Counted from the first letter of the stretch, positions 30,671 to 41,134 are shown. The stretch is DNA of 64,000 nt from Chitinophagales bacterium (GCA_031424995.1 JANPIP010000041.1:1077-65076); one strand, 5' to 3'. Numbers and translations are program-made. Notes: generated by a model not told the origin, from the letters alone.

Positions 30671-32542
30671 ATGAATACTCTTAAAAATATATTTTTGCTT
30701 TTACTGGCATTTTCGCTTCCTTTTAATGCATTGCATGCACAGAAGAAAAAGAAGAAGGCAGCAACCACGCAAAAGGCCAAAAGTTCTTCAAAAAAAGCAA
30801 AAAGCAAAAAGCTTGTTACTAAAAAGAAAACTGTTGGTAAAGCAAAAACAGCCAAGGCAAAGACGCCGTCAACCGTTAACCGTCAACCGTTAACCGAAAA
30901 GCTACCATCGCTGAATGCCACGTCAGCAAAGGTTTCTAAAAGAAATGAGGCTGATTCAAAAGATACTTCACTGCCAACGAAAGAGGTTACTATCACATCT
31001 TCTTTTAAGCCTTCTTTACGTAATGCAGCCAAAGTAAATTTTACTGCTGCAACGCCCATTTTAGATACTTCAAAACTGCCGCTTACCTATAATATTCCAT
31101 CCTCTAATTTGTTTTTTAATTACCAGCCTGTTGCAATAAGGCCAATTGCTTTGTTTGTTGATACCAGCAGCCAGTGGCAAAATGATGCTTATGTAAAAGC
31201 GGGCTTTGGCAATTATGCAAGTCCATATGCTGAGGCAGCCATATCTTTTGGTGATGGAAAGAAAACAATGTTCAGCCTGCATGGCAAGCATACTTCTTCA
31301 AAAGGCAAACTTGATTTCCAGGATTTTAGTAAAACCGGTATTGACTTTTTGGGAACGATTAATACATCAGCCAATAATGAAATTACAGCAAAGGCTTTTT
31401 GGGATAACAGTACCCAATATCGTTATGGTTACCAGCCATCGACGCTTGTTTTTACCAAAGATGATTTGAAAGCTGCGTACAACAATGTAGGTTTTGAAGC
31501 TGGTTTTCAGAATAAAAGTCCCAATAATTACGGCATTATTTATCATCCCCAACTAAGGGTCAATACTTTTTTTGATAACCGCGATGGTAATGAAATAAGC
31601 CTTATGGCTAAACTACCTGTGAATAAAGCCTTTGGTCGTTTGTTTGCTTTTGATTTATCAGGCACCGCAGATATAACTACGTTTAAAAGGCAGCTTGTTC
31701 CAAGCTCTGTTACGATAAAAAACAACCTGTTTTATATCAATCCAACAGTTCAGTTTAACACGCCCAATTTTAAATTAAATGTTGGTATTCAACCAACTTG
31801 GGATAACCAAACTTTTTCTGTACTGCCCAATATTTCTGCGGAAGCAAAAATTAATGAAGAAAAATTTGTGGTACAGGCAGGATGGATAGGTTATGTAAAC
31901 AAAAATACCTTTCAGTCATTGGTTGCGTTTAACCCATATATACGCCAGCCAGATGCATTGTTTAATACAAAAGTTCGTGAACAATATGCAGGCTTTAAAG
32001 GCAGTGCAGGCAAACATTTTACCTACAATGCAAGGCTTTCTTTCTTAAAAATGGATAATGCCGCTTTGTTTGTAAATGATACTGTTACTACAAAAACACA
32101 GGAATTTAAAACGGTGTATGAGCCTTCCTTATCTGCCATTCGTTTGCATGGCGAAATTGGATATACTGAGCAGGAAAAATTCTCTTTTATCGCTTCTGCC
32201 AATTATACGCAGTTTACAAAGCTGAGTGTTTATGATAAGGCATATGGACTACTTCCTTTGGAAATTAATGGCGCTTTGCGCTGGAAAGTATTGAATGATT
32301 TGATCGTAAAGAGTGATGTATACTTTTGGGATGGGCCACGTTACCAAACAAAATCATTACAAACAGGAAAATTAAACCCTGCAATGGATGTAAACCTTGG
32401 TGCTGAATTTACTGTTCAACCAAGGTTAAATGTTTGGCTGCAATTGAATAACGTTCTTAACAATAAATACCAGCGCTGGAACCAGTACGAAGTATTGGGC
32501 TTACAATTCTTAGCAGGTGCGGTATATCATTTTGGGAAATAA
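30671..32542 (+). CDS. Putative outer-membrane beta-barrel protein with Lys-rich N-terminal region
   Basis: Signal peptide, a K-rich low-complexity linker, then alternating amphipathic strands with an aromatic-rich C-terminus (GAVYHFGK). It probably forms an operon with the TPR gene. Confidence 0.5.
   Translation: MNTLKNIFLLLLAFSLPFNALHAQKKKKKAATTQKAKSSSKKAKSKKLVTKKKTVGKAKTAKAKTPSTVNRQPLTEKLPSLNATSAKVSKRNEADSKDTSLPTKEVTITSSFKPSLRNAAKVNFTAATPILDTSKLPLTYNIPSSNLFFNYQPVAIRPIALFVDTSSQWQNDAYVKAGFGNYASPYAEAAISFGDGKKTMFSLHGKHTSSKGKLDFQDFSKTGIDFLGTINTSANNEITAKAFWDNSTQYRYGYQPSTLVFTKDDLKAAYNNVGFEAGFQNKSPNNYGIIYHPQLRVNTFFDNRDGNEISLMAKLPVNKAFGRLFAFDLSGTADITTFKRQLVPSSVTIKNNLFYINPTVQFNTPNFKLNVGIQPTWDNQTFSVLPNISAEAKINEEKFVVQAGWIGYVNKNTFQSLVAFNPYIRQPDALFNTKVREQYAGFKGSAGKHFTYNARLSFLKMDNAALFVNDTVTTKTQEFKTVYEPSLSAIRLHGEIGYTEQEKFSFIASANYTQFTKLSVYDKAYGLLPLEINGALRWKVLNDLIVKSDVYFWDGPRYQTKSLQTGKLNPAMDVNLGAEFTVQPRLNVWLQLNNVLNNKYQRWNQYEVLGLQFLAGAVYHFGK
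30866..30896. repeat. GT(C/T)AACC heptamer x4 inside the outer-membrane protein gene
   Basis: ccgtcaaccgttaaccgtcaaccgttaaccg is read as PSTVNRQPLT, the same frame and peptide as the trpG block. Confidence 0.8.
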
Positions 32543-32543
32543 G

Positions 32544-33068
32544 CTAATAAGAAACTATATCATTTTCCCTGTTTTTGGAAGACGATAATGCCCATTCTGT
32601 TTCATCTTCAAACGTAATAGCAACAGGGTAAATCAATGTAAATTTTTTTACAATTGCTGTATTTACCAACCAATGGTGCGTGGTACGTTGTTTGGGTGAT
32701 AATTTATGGGCAGGCAAATCATTACCAGGGCCTGTCTCAATAAAGTATCCTGCATCAACAAGTTTACCTTCGGTGTCTTTGCCATAGCATTTAAATTTAA
32801 TTGAGGTAATTGTTTTAGAACAGACGTTTTTAAAAGTAATAGACAGGTTTTTAAAATCATTATTATAAAGGCCCTGCGCGGGTGGGGAAGAACTATGAAG
32901 CGACATTATTTTTATGGGTGCAAAGCATAAACCTGTGGTATCAATTTCATTTTTGGTTAAAGCAGTATTGCCAGCATTTTGTGTTAAAGGGGCAGCGATA
33001 GTTGATTGCGGCGTTGTCTCACATGCAGCAAAAAAAATAAGACAAAGCAGCAGAATTTGCTTTTGCAT
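32544..33068 (-). CDS. Hypothetical lipoprotein
   Basis: MQKQILLLCLIFFAAC lipobox, 174 aa. Confidence 0.5.
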   Translation of the reverse strand: MQKQILLLCLIFFAACETTPQSTIAAPLTQNAGNTALTKNEIDTTGLCFAPIKIMSLHSSSPPAQGLYNNDFKNLSITFKNVCSKTITSIKFKCYGKDTEGKLVDAGYFIETGPGNDLPAHKLSPKQRTTHHWLVNTAIVKKFTLIYPVAITFEDETEWALSSSKNRENDIVSY

Positions 33069-33320
33069 TGAATTGTATGTTAAAAGTTTATGGCTGGTAA
33101 CCGTTAATTGCCAGAAGCTTACCAGATATTGAATTGTTTAAAGTTACACAGATAAGTTTGTTGTGGCGTTAACTTTTCATTAACAGAATACGTTTAACCG
33201 CCTTTTAATGCTTTTGTTTAAAACTTAAACCACTCAAACAGTTGTTACAATGTACGTTTTAGCTCATTTTTGAACGTTTGGGCTAAGCCCTGTATATTCG
33301 TTTTAAATAATTGCTTTTTG

Positions 33321-33905
33321 ATGTATCAATTGTTGTATAAATATTTTCTTTTAAACAGGCGCGTTTGTATTCCTGGTGTGGGCGTGTTTGCTATGCAGAA
33401 TACCCCTGCAAGAATTGATTTTGTTACAGGTATTTTACACGCACCACAGCCCAAAGTGCTTTTTTCTCACAATGAACAACCTGCTGAGGATAAAAGCCTC
33501 GTACAATATTTATCCAAAGAAATGAAAGTGGAGGAGTGGAAAGCGGTTGAAGCATTCAAAGAATTTACCAGTTCAATTACAGGCAGTATTAATGAGAGCC
33601 AGCCAGTTACCTTACCTGGCATTGGTCAATTACATAAAAATTCGGCTTCAGATGAAGTGTTTTTTACGGAAGAAACTGCCGCAACGCGCCTTTTTTTAAA
33701 TGATATAAAACTAAGCACAGCTACAGATAGTAAGGCAAATCTTGTTGAGCTGTACAGTACAGGTGATACCCTTATTCTTACAGAAGAAACAGAAGATGAT
33801 AAACTGGAAATGATCATCAAAGAAAAAGATGAAGACTATTGGTGGGTGTATGCATTAATACTTGCACTTATGGGCGTTGGTGCATTGTTGTACTATTATA
33901 TTTAA
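33321..33905 (+). CDS. HU-CCDC81-like domain protein with C-terminal membrane anchor (tentative)
   Basis: MYQLLYKYFLLNRRVCIPGVGVF... resembles the N-termini of bacterial CCDC81-type HU-domain proteins. The C-terminal WWVYALILALMGVGALLYYYI is a transmembrane segment. Confidence 0.4.
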   Translation: MYQLLYKYFLLNRRVCIPGVGVFAMQNTPARIDFVTGILHAPQPKVLFSHNEQPAEDKSLVQYLSKEMKVEEWKAVEAFKEFTSSITGSINESQPVTLPGIGQLHKNSASDEVFFTEETAATRLFLNDIKLSTATDSKANLVELYSTGDTLILTEETEDDKLEMIIKEKDEDYWWVYALILALMGVGALLYYYI

Positions 33906-33919
33906 TTACCTCTTCTTTA

Positions 33920-34819
33920 ATGGCATTAGAAATAAATTATCAGCAGTGCCCATGTTGTGGCATTGCTACAATTACCAAAGCCTTGTCAGCAAAGGATTAT
34001 ACCGTAAGCAGCAAGGTTTTTGATATTTGGCATTGCAGCAATTGCACTTTGCGTTTTACACAGCACGTGCCTTCTATAAATGATATAGGCCCTTATTACC
34101 AGTCAACGGCTTACGTTTCACATTCAGATACCAACGAAGGTTTCATTAACCGCGTGTACCATATGGTGCGCAATTATACATTGCAGGGCAAGAAAAGACT
34201 TGTGCAAAAAGCAACAGGCCTGCAAACAGGCAGCCTGCTTGATGTTGGTGCAGGTACAGGCTATTTTTCTCAAACCATGAAGCAAAGTGGCTGGAATATT
34301 ACCGCCCTTGAACCTGATGATACTGCAAGAAAAGTAGCACTTGATAAATACAATCTTCAATTACAAAATCCATTGGAATTGTATGATCTGAAACCTGCGC
34401 AATTCGATGCCATTACCATGTGGCATGTATTGGAGCATGTGCATGATTTGCAGGGATATATGGAAAAATTTCACGCCGTTTTAAAGCCAGGCGGCCGTTT
34501 AATAATCGCCGTGCCTAATTATACTAGTTATGATGCTCTGCATTACCGTGAACATTGGGCTGCATACGATGTGCCGCGTCATCTTTATCATTTTTCACCG
34601 CAAAGTATAGATACGCTTGCCTCGCTGAAAGGCTTTACCGTAAAGGCTTACAAGCCCATGTGGTTTGATAGTTTTTATGTAAGCATGTTAAGCGAGCAAT
34701 ACAAAAATGGAAAAGGCAATTTGCTGGCCGCCATTTGGAATGGCCTTGTTTCTAATATAAAAACACTGGGCAATGCTAAAAATTGCAGTTCGGTGGTTTA
34801 TGTGTTGGCAAAAAAATAG
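33920..34819 (+). CDS. Class I SAM-dependent methyltransferase with N-terminal Cys4 zinc ribbon
   Basis: CPCCG...CSNC, then LLDVGAGTGYF (motif I) and LKPGGRLIIAVPN. The start is taken at MALEINY. Confidence 0.75.
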   Translation: MALEINYQQCPCCGIATITKALSAKDYTVSSKVFDIWHCSNCTLRFTQHVPSINDIGPYYQSTAYVSHSDTNEGFINRVYHMVRNYTLQGKKRLVQKATGLQTGSLLDVGAGTGYFSQTMKQSGWNITALEPDDTARKVALDKYNLQLQNPLELYDLKPAQFDAITMWHVLEHVHDLQGYMEKFHAVLKPGGRLIIAVPNYTSYDALHYREHWAAYDVPRHLYHFSPQSIDTLASLKGFTVKAYKPMWFDSFYVSMLSEQYKNGKGNLLAAIWNGLVSNIKTLGNAKNCSSVVYVLAKK

Positions 34820-35014
34820 AAAGTTTTTTAAACAAGCGTATGGATTACAATTAAGCTATAGTCCCGCTTTTTACTTCTGCCGATAATTATCTGCACGTGT
34901 GTAGATTTCAGCGGTAGTATTTCTATCATCTTTTTGTTTATCCTCAATTCTGCCATCACTTTAAACTCTTTTAAGCGTTTTAAGTAAAGCGTTTAGTTAC
35001 CTTCGCGCCCTCTT

Positions 35015-36322
35015 ATGAAAGCAAGAACACGTATAAAAGATAAGGTAAACATCATTACGCTTGGGTGCAGTAAAAACCTGGTTGACAGTGAAGTGCTGAG
35101 CGGCCAGTTGCAAGCTAATGCTATTGATGTGGTGCATGAGAACAAAAAACTGGATCATAATATTGTTGTAGTAAACACCTGCGGTTTTATAGATAAAGCA
35201 AAGGAAGAAAGCATCAATACCATTTTTGACCAGTTGGAGTTGAAACGCCGTGGCAAGCTTGACAAAGTATATGTTACCGGTTGTTTAAGTGAGCGTTACC
35301 GTGGCGACCTTGAAAGCGAAATGCCTGAAGTGGATGCATGGTTTGGTACCATGGAACTGCCTTTGATACTGAAAAAATTTGAAGCAGATTATAAAAGTGA
35401 ACTGATAGGTGAGCGTTTATTAAGCACGCCACAACACTATGCATACCTTAAAATAAGCGAAGGCTGTAACCGTACCTGTTCTTTTTGCGCCATACCTTTG
35501 ATGCGTGGCAAACACGTTAGCCGAACTATTGAAGACCTTGTTGCAGAAGCACATAGCCTTGTAAAAAAAGGCGTTAAAGAAATAATGCTGATTGCACAGG
35601 AGTTGACTTACTACGGGTTGGACATCTACAAAAAAAGAGAATTACCACGTTTACTTGATGAGCTTGCTGCAGTGCCTGGCCTTGAATGGATTCGCCTGCA
35701 TTATGCGTATCCTTCTAAATTTCCGTTGGAAATTTTAGATGCCATGAACCGCCATGCTAATATTTGTAAATACCTTGATATGCCTTTGCAGCATGCCAGT
35801 AACAATATGCTGAATGCCATGCACCGCAATATTACACGCGAAGAAATGAGTGTACTGATTAACCAGATACGTGAGAAAGTGCCTGGCATTTGTTTACGTA
35901 CCACGCTGATTGCCGGGTTTCCTGGTGAAACGGAAGACGATGTTGAAGAGTTGAAAGGATTTTTAAAGGAACACCGTTTTGACCGTGTTGGTATTTTTTC
36001 TTATAGTCATGAAGAAAACACCACAGCTCATGGTTTGGAAGACAATATTCCGCAGGAATTAAAAGAAGAACGTGCGCAGGAAATTATGGAAGTGCAGCAG
36101 GAAATAAGCCTGGAAAAAAACCAGGAAAAAGTAGGGCAGGTGCTTAAAGTTATTATTGACAGAAAAGAATCTGGCCGTTACCTTGGCCGTACTGAATTTG
36201 ACAGTGTTGAAGTGGATAATGAAGTAATCATCAACAGTAAAAAGAAATTAACTATTGGTGAGTTTGTACAGGTTAAAATAACCAAGGCTTTTGATTATGA
36301 TTTAGAAGGTGAGTTGGTGTAA
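35015..36322 (+). CDS. rimO: Ribosomal protein S12 methylthiotransferase
   Basis: IITLGCSKNLVDSE, radical-SAM CNRTCSFC and a C-terminal TRAM domain, 435 aa. Confidence 0.88.
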   Translation: MKARTRIKDKVNIITLGCSKNLVDSEVLSGQLQANAIDVVHENKKLDHNIVVVNTCGFIDKAKEESINTIFDQLELKRRGKLDKVYVTGCLSERYRGDLESEMPEVDAWFGTMELPLILKKFEADYKSELIGERLLSTPQHYAYLKISEGCNRTCSFCAIPLMRGKHVSRTIEDLVAEAHSLVKKGVKEIMLIAQELTYYGLDIYKKRELPRLLDELAAVPGLEWIRLHYAYPSKFPLEILDAMNRHANICKYLDMPLQHASNNMLNAMHRNITREEMSVLINQIREKVPGICLRTTLIAGFPGETEDDVEELKGFLKEHRFDRVGIFSYSHEENTTAHGLEDNIPQELKEERAQEIMEVQQEISLEKNQEKVGQVLKVIIDRKESGRYLGRTEFDSVEVDNEVIINSKKKLTIGEFVQVKITKAFDYDLEGELV

Positions 36323-36437
36323 AGCGGGCCTTAAATGTGTGTTTTACGAATTACGATAGTTATTCATTGTAACGCTTTATGTTATGTATAAAAAATCGTA
36401 CTTCGTACTCTATCATAGTAGTACCTTAACATAGTAC

Positions 36438-38036
36438 ATGGAAAATAACTGTTCCTTTCTTCCGTATAAAAACACTGGTTTCTTCTCAAAGCTTGTGCTG
36501 GATTATGTTTCAGCCAATAAAGAGCTTGAAGCTTTTTATCATCATCCCGTTTCAATAGATGGTATAGAAGCATCCATTGAAGCAAGAAAAAACTTTGCAA
36601 CTGACAGAGATTTGCTGGTTACTGAATTAAAAAAGCAATATCAAAATCTGCCTCTTTCATCAAAGCAACACCAACACCTGCAAGCACTTTTAAGTAACGA
36701 TACCTTTACTATAACAACCGCCCATCAGCCTAATATTTTTACAGGGCCCCTATATTTTATTTACAAAATAATGCATGTTATTAAGCTGGCAGATGAGCTT
36801 AAAACACAATTACCGCAATACGGTTTTGTGCCTGTGTTTTATATGGGTTGCGAAGATGCAGACCTTGATGAACTTGGCTATATAAACCTTGGCGGCGAAA
36901 AACTTGTTTGGCAAACCAACCAAACAGGCGCCGTTGGGCGAATGAAAGTTGATAAGGCTTTGCTAGCGCTGATTGACAGTATTTATGGCCAGGTTGGTGT
37001 TCATGAATTTGGTGATGAATTTATTGGCTTATTCAGAAATGCTTATACTGTTGGCAAAACAATTCAGCAGGCAACTTTAGAACTGGTTAACAGCCTGTTT
37101 GCGGCATATGGTTTACTGGTTGTAATACCTGATAATGCTGCGCTTAAAGCAAGTTTTAATAAGGTTGTTGAGAAAGAAATAACCACACAATTTTCTCATA
37201 AAGAGGTTGAGAAAACCATTAATCAATTAGGCAAACATTATAAAGTGCAGGCAGGCGGCAGGGAACTGAACCTGTTTTATTTGCTGGATGATAAACGTGA
37301 ACGAATTGAGCTTAATAGTTCAAAGTTTAGTGTTGAAAGTTTAGGATTGGAGTGGGATGAAAACGGGATATTGAACGAGTTAAATCAACACCCTGAACGA
37401 TTTAGTGCTAATGTGATTTTACGCGGCGTTTTCCAGGAAACGATATTGCCAAACATTGCTTTTATTGGTGGTGGTGGTGAGCTTGCTTACTGGCTTGAAT
37501 TAAAGAATGTTTTTGAAGCCGCCAATGTGCCTTACCCCATGCTTGTGCTGCGCAATTCTTTTCTTTTTATAAATCAACATCAACAACAACGGCTGCAAAA
37601 GCTTGGATTTACTCTTGAGGAATTTTTTAAAAACAAGCTGGAATTAATAAATGAGTTTGTTAAAAGAAACTCATTAAAACAGGTTAGTCTTGAAACAGAA
37701 AAAGATGTTGCCAACGCATTTTACAAACACCTAAAACTTACTGCATCTGCAATAGATACAACGTTGGCTAACCACACTGAAAGCCTTCAAACAAAGGCTT
37801 TGCAATTGTTGAACGAACTTGAAAAGAAGATGCTTCGTGCCGAAAAAAGGCATTTTACAGACCATCAAAACCAAATACAGAAATTAAAACAGGAACTTTT
37901 TCCCAACGATAGTTTGCAGGAAAGAACTGAAAATTTTTCAGGTTATTATGCCAAATATGGGCGTGAATGGCTGCAGATAATTTATGATAATTCACAAGGT
38001 TTGGAACAACAGTTTGGTGTTATTGCATGGCATTAA
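36438..38036 (+). CDS. bshC: Bacillithiol biosynthesis cysteine-adding enzyme
   Basis: 532 aa with the BshC-like N-terminus (LPYKNTGFFSKLVLDYV...FY), the TAHQPNIFTGPLYFIYK motif and a C-terminal coiled coil. Confidence 0.75.
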   Translation: MENNCSFLPYKNTGFFSKLVLDYVSANKELEAFYHHPVSIDGIEASIEARKNFATDRDLLVTELKKQYQNLPLSSKQHQHLQALLSNDTFTITTAHQPNIFTGPLYFIYKIMHVIKLADELKTQLPQYGFVPVFYMGCEDADLDELGYINLGGEKLVWQTNQTGAVGRMKVDKALLALIDSIYGQVGVHEFGDEFIGLFRNAYTVGKTIQQATLELVNSLFAAYGLLVVIPDNAALKASFNKVVEKEITTQFSHKEVEKTINQLGKHYKVQAGGRELNLFYLLDDKRERIELNSSKFSVESLGLEWDENGILNELNQHPERFSANVILRGVFQETILPNIAFIGGGGELAYWLELKNVFEAANVPYPMLVLRNSFLFINQHQQQRLQKLGFTLEEFFKNKLELINEFVKRNSLKQVSLETEKDVANAFYKHLKLTASAIDTTLANHTESLQTKALQLLNELEKKMLRAEKRHFTDHQNQIQKLKQELFPNDSLQERTENFSGYYAKYGREWLQIIYDNSQGLEQQFGVIAWH

Positions 38037-38049
38037 TTGCCTTTTTTAA

Positions 38050-38215
38050 TGTGGGTTTTAGGTCTTCGTAGCTCTGCGAAGTCACTGAACCGATGGCTAT
38101 CGGTTTCACAGGTTTTATGTTATTACGGGTTGCAACCCTTTGCAAATGATGAAAAGCCAAGAGGCTTTTAAAGAACATACGCTATACGAAGTCAGAGACT
38201 TCGTACAGCACAATT
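38050..38215. repeat. Cluster of five short perfect hairpins bracketed by TGTGGGTT ... AACCCACA
   Basis: Five elements were found: CTTCG-N8-CGAAG (38064-81), TGAACCGATGGCTATCGGTTTCA (38086-108), GGGTTGCAACCC (38127-38), AAAAGCC-AAGA-GGCTTTT (38152-69) and ACGAAGTC-AGA-GACTTCGT (38186-204). Confidence 0.7.
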
Positions 38216-38626
38216 AACCCACATTACTCATTTTGAAAATAAAATAGCCTCTGTTGAACCCACACTGGTCATTTTCAAATTGAAAGTATGCTCTGTTGAA
38301 CCCACATTACTCATTTTGAAAATAAAATAGCCTCTGTTGAACCCACATTGCTCATTTTAAAAATAAAATAGCCTTTGTTGAACCCACACTGGTCATTTTA
38401 AAAATAAAATAGCCTTTGTTGAACCCACACTGGTCGTTTTAAAAATAAAATAGCCTCTGTTGAACCCACACTGGTCATTTTAAAAATAAAATAGCCTTTG
38501 TTGAACCCACATTGCTCATTTTAAAAATAAAATAGCCTCTATTGAACCCACAATGGTCATTTTGAAAATAAGATAGCCTCTGTTGAACCCACACTGGTCA
38601 TTTTAAAAATAAAATGGCCTCTGTGG
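38216..38626. repeat. 41-bp tandem repeat, 10 units
   Basis: The unit is AACCCACA(CTGGTC/TTACTC/TTGCTC)ATTTTAAAAATAAAATAGCCT(C/T)TGTTG. Unit starts are 38216, 38257, 38299, 38340, 38381, 38422, 38463, 38504, 38545 and 38586. There are no spacers. Confidence 0.9.
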
Positions 38627-38683
38627 GCTCATTCATACGTTATTTCAAACTCAAAGCAGGTCTTGTATTATATTAATTGCCTC

Positions 38684-40408
38684 TCAATTTAACCTGTACA
38701 CAGGGTAACGCATATGTTCTGGCTCGTAATAAGGCGAGTTTTTATAAACAAAATTTAATTGTTGTGAAGATGAAGCAGCAAAGGCTGGGTCCGATTTCTT
38801 TTTGTCTTCCAGCCGCTGTTTTAATTCAGGATGTTGTTTAAGATAAGTAGCAGCTACATCTTCCCAGCGGTAATCGCTGTAACCTTCTTTTTGTTCCAGG
38901 CAGGCATCAAAAAAATTCCAGGCAAAATAGCTGTCGGCACCTGTAGGTTCCAACATTTCAACCAAATAACGGTCTGTGTTTTTACCTGTATAAATAATAT
39001 AATCTCCCTTTAAAAATTGTATTTTTTGTTTACTGCGGCTCACCTGCACATTGTAGTGCGGGTAATGTTTTTCGTAAGATGTGGTGCGTGTTTTAAAGCT
39101 GCCAATTCTGTAAACCTCAACTTCAATTAACGTGTCTTTTTGCAGTTGCTGCATGGCTACCTTATTCATTTTAAGCAAGTCAATAGCATTATACCAACCC
39201 TGTGGAATGATGTAAGCCTTTGGCTTTGTTACTAGTTTATCCTCAGTATAATAATTGTAAAACTTTACCTGTTTTGTAAACGGTTTATCATGATTATAAA
39301 ACAACCTGTTCATTCCTGTAACCTCACTTTTCTTTTTTTCAGCCGCGTAACCCATAAAAGTTATGGTATCAAAACGGGAAGAATCAAGCGTAAAGTTTAA
39401 CGCAAATTGCTGTTGTTTGCTTACGGCATCAATGCTTTCTTTTCTTTTTTGTTTGATGGCAGCCGCTTGTTTTGAACCTTCATTTATAATGGTTTTCATC
39501 AGTTCATAATTACTTAAAACCCTTTGTTTAAAAGGTTTAAGCATGTGCAGCTCAGGCATAAAAGCAATAGTTTTAAACAGTGCGGCATACCCAGTACTAA
39601 ACCTTGGCGAATCATAAAACGCTTCCCAACCATCTTCAATATTACTCTCTTCAAAATTTACATAAGGTGTCATTGGCAGGTTTTTGTCCGCCATATCTTT
39701 AAATAAAGTAGGCTCAAAAACATCGTGCAGGTAGTTGCCAATAGTGCCGCCCAGTTTACTTGGCTGTGTGGTAATAAGTGTAACTGTATGCTGGTAATCA
39801 GCACCATCGCTTACATGGTTATCAATAAAAATATCAGGGTTTAAGTAATGGAATATTTCAGTAAATGCCCTGGTGTTCTTTGTATCTGCCTTTGTAAAAT
39901 CTCTGTTAAGGTTAAGGTTTTGCGCATTGCCCCTGAAGCCATAGGCGAGAGGGCCATCCTGGTTTACACGGCTAAAACTGTTGCGGTTTAAACTGCCGCC
40001 AATATTGTAAATAGGAATTACGGCAAGAACCACATTGTTTGGAATTTTAATTTTTCCTGTAGCAGCATCTCTTATAAATAACATGCTCGCATCAATGCCA
40101 TCAGGCTCACCAGCATGAATGCCGTTATTGATTAGTATTATCAGTGTTTTATTTTTCTGCCATAAAAGTGGATCAAAACTTTTTTTATTGTTGAATAATA
40201 CCAGGTGCAGTGGGTAACCTGCATCGGTTAATCCAAATGTAGTTATCTTAATATTTGTAAAATCTGCTGCTAATTTTTTATAAAAGTTAATGCAGCTAAA
40301 ATAATTTGTTGTTTCAGAACCCATTGATTTCTCGAAAGTTGTGAGATATTTTTGCGCTTTAACATGTAAAGAAATTAACACAATTAAACTAAAAGTTAAT
40401 TTTTTCAT
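38684..40408 (-). CDS. M14-family zinc carboxypeptidase, secreted
   Basis: Signal peptide, NNGIHAGEPDG (HxxE zinc site), 574 aa. Confidence 0.75.
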   Translation of the reverse strand: MKKLTFSLIVLISLHVKAQKYLTTFEKSMGSETTNYFSCINFYKKLAADFTNIKITTFGLTDAGYPLHLVLFNNKKSFDPLLWQKNKTLIILINNGIHAGEPDGIDASMLFIRDAATGKIKIPNNVVLAVIPIYNIGGSLNRNSFSRVNQDGPLAYGFRGNAQNLNLNRDFTKADTKNTRAFTEIFHYLNPDIFIDNHVSDGADYQHTVTLITTQPSKLGGTIGNYLHDVFEPTLFKDMADKNLPMTPYVNFEESNIEDGWEAFYDSPRFSTGYAALFKTIAFMPELHMLKPFKQRVLSNYELMKTIINEGSKQAAAIKQKRKESIDAVSKQQQFALNFTLDSSRFDTITFMGYAAEKKKSEVTGMNRLFYNHDKPFTKQVKFYNYYTEDKLVTKPKAYIIPQGWYNAIDLLKMNKVAMQQLQKDTLIEVEVYRIGSFKTRTTSYEKHYPHYNVQVSRSKQKIQFLKGDYIIYTGKNTDRYLVEMLEPTGADSYFAWNFFDACLEQKEGYSDYRWEDVAATYLKQHPELKQRLEDKKKSDPAFAASSSQQLNFVYKNSPYYEPEHMRYPVYRLN

Positions 40409-40450
40409 TTGAAATCCTTAATTTGGGCTTAAATTAAGATAAAATCATCA

Positions 40451-41134
40451 ATGGATACACCTTACAGAATTTTATTGGTTGAAGACGAACCAAAACTTAG
40501 CCAGGTAATTCAGGAAGAATTAACCAGGCAAGGCTACGATACTGATGTTGCATATGATGGTATGGTAGCAGAAAAAATGTTTAACCAGCATCCTTATTCG
40601 CTTGTTTTGTTGGACATAAACCTGCCCTATAAAAACGGTTTGGCTTTATGTAAAGAGTTTAGGGCATTGAATAAAAAGATACCCATCATAATGCTTACCG
40701 CCCTTGGTGAGATTAATGATAAGGTAGATGCCTTTAACCTTGGGGCCGATGACTATATGGTTAAGCCATTTCATTTTGATGAATTGTTTGCACGTGTAAA
40801 AGTGTTTTTAAAGAGAGCTGAAAACACGCTTGATGATGCAGAGAAAATTAAGATAGATGATCTGATTATTGACTTTGGAAACAAAATGGTTACACGTGGC
40901 GAAACTGAAATTTCTCTTACTGCCAAAGAATTTGCGCTGCTTACTTTACTTGCAAGAAACAAAGGAAAAGTAATTTCAAAACAGGAAATACTTGCCAAAG
41001 TTTGGGATTTAAGTTTTGATACCGGCACCAATACTATAGAAGTGTACATCAGCTTTTTACGCAATAAAATTGATAAGCCATTTGAGCATAAACTGATACA
41101 TACAAAGCCAGGGTTTGGTTATTTTATTAAATAA
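40451..41134 (+). CDS. OmpR-family response regulator
   Basis: REC domain (LLVEDEP, LLDINLP, KPF) plus a winged-helix C-terminus (LTAKEFALL...EVYISFLRNKID). Confidence 0.9.
   Translation: MDTPYRILLVEDEPKLSQVIQEELTRQGYDTDVAYDGMVAEKMFNQHPYSLVLLDINLPYKNGLALCKEFRALNKKIPIIMLTALGEINDKVDAFNLGADDYMVKPFHFDELFARVKVFLKRAENTLDDAEKIKIDDLIIDFGNKMVTRGETEISLTAKEFALLTLLARNKGKVISKQEILAKVWDLSFDTGTNTIEVYISFLRNKIDKPFEHKLIHTKPGFGYFIK

Noticed and set aside
33839-33919. The upstream start of the methyltransferase ORF, which overlaps the preceding gene.
   Set aside because: The extension (MVGVCINTCTYGRWCIVVLLYL...) is the alternative frame of the upstream gene's transmembrane segment. The Met at 33920 directly precedes the Cys4 ribbon.
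38216-38626. Possible CRISPR array.
   Set aside because: The 41-bp units abut directly with no unique spacers, no cas genes are nearby, and the units are AT-rich and non-palindromic. This is a tandem satellite and not a CRISPR array.
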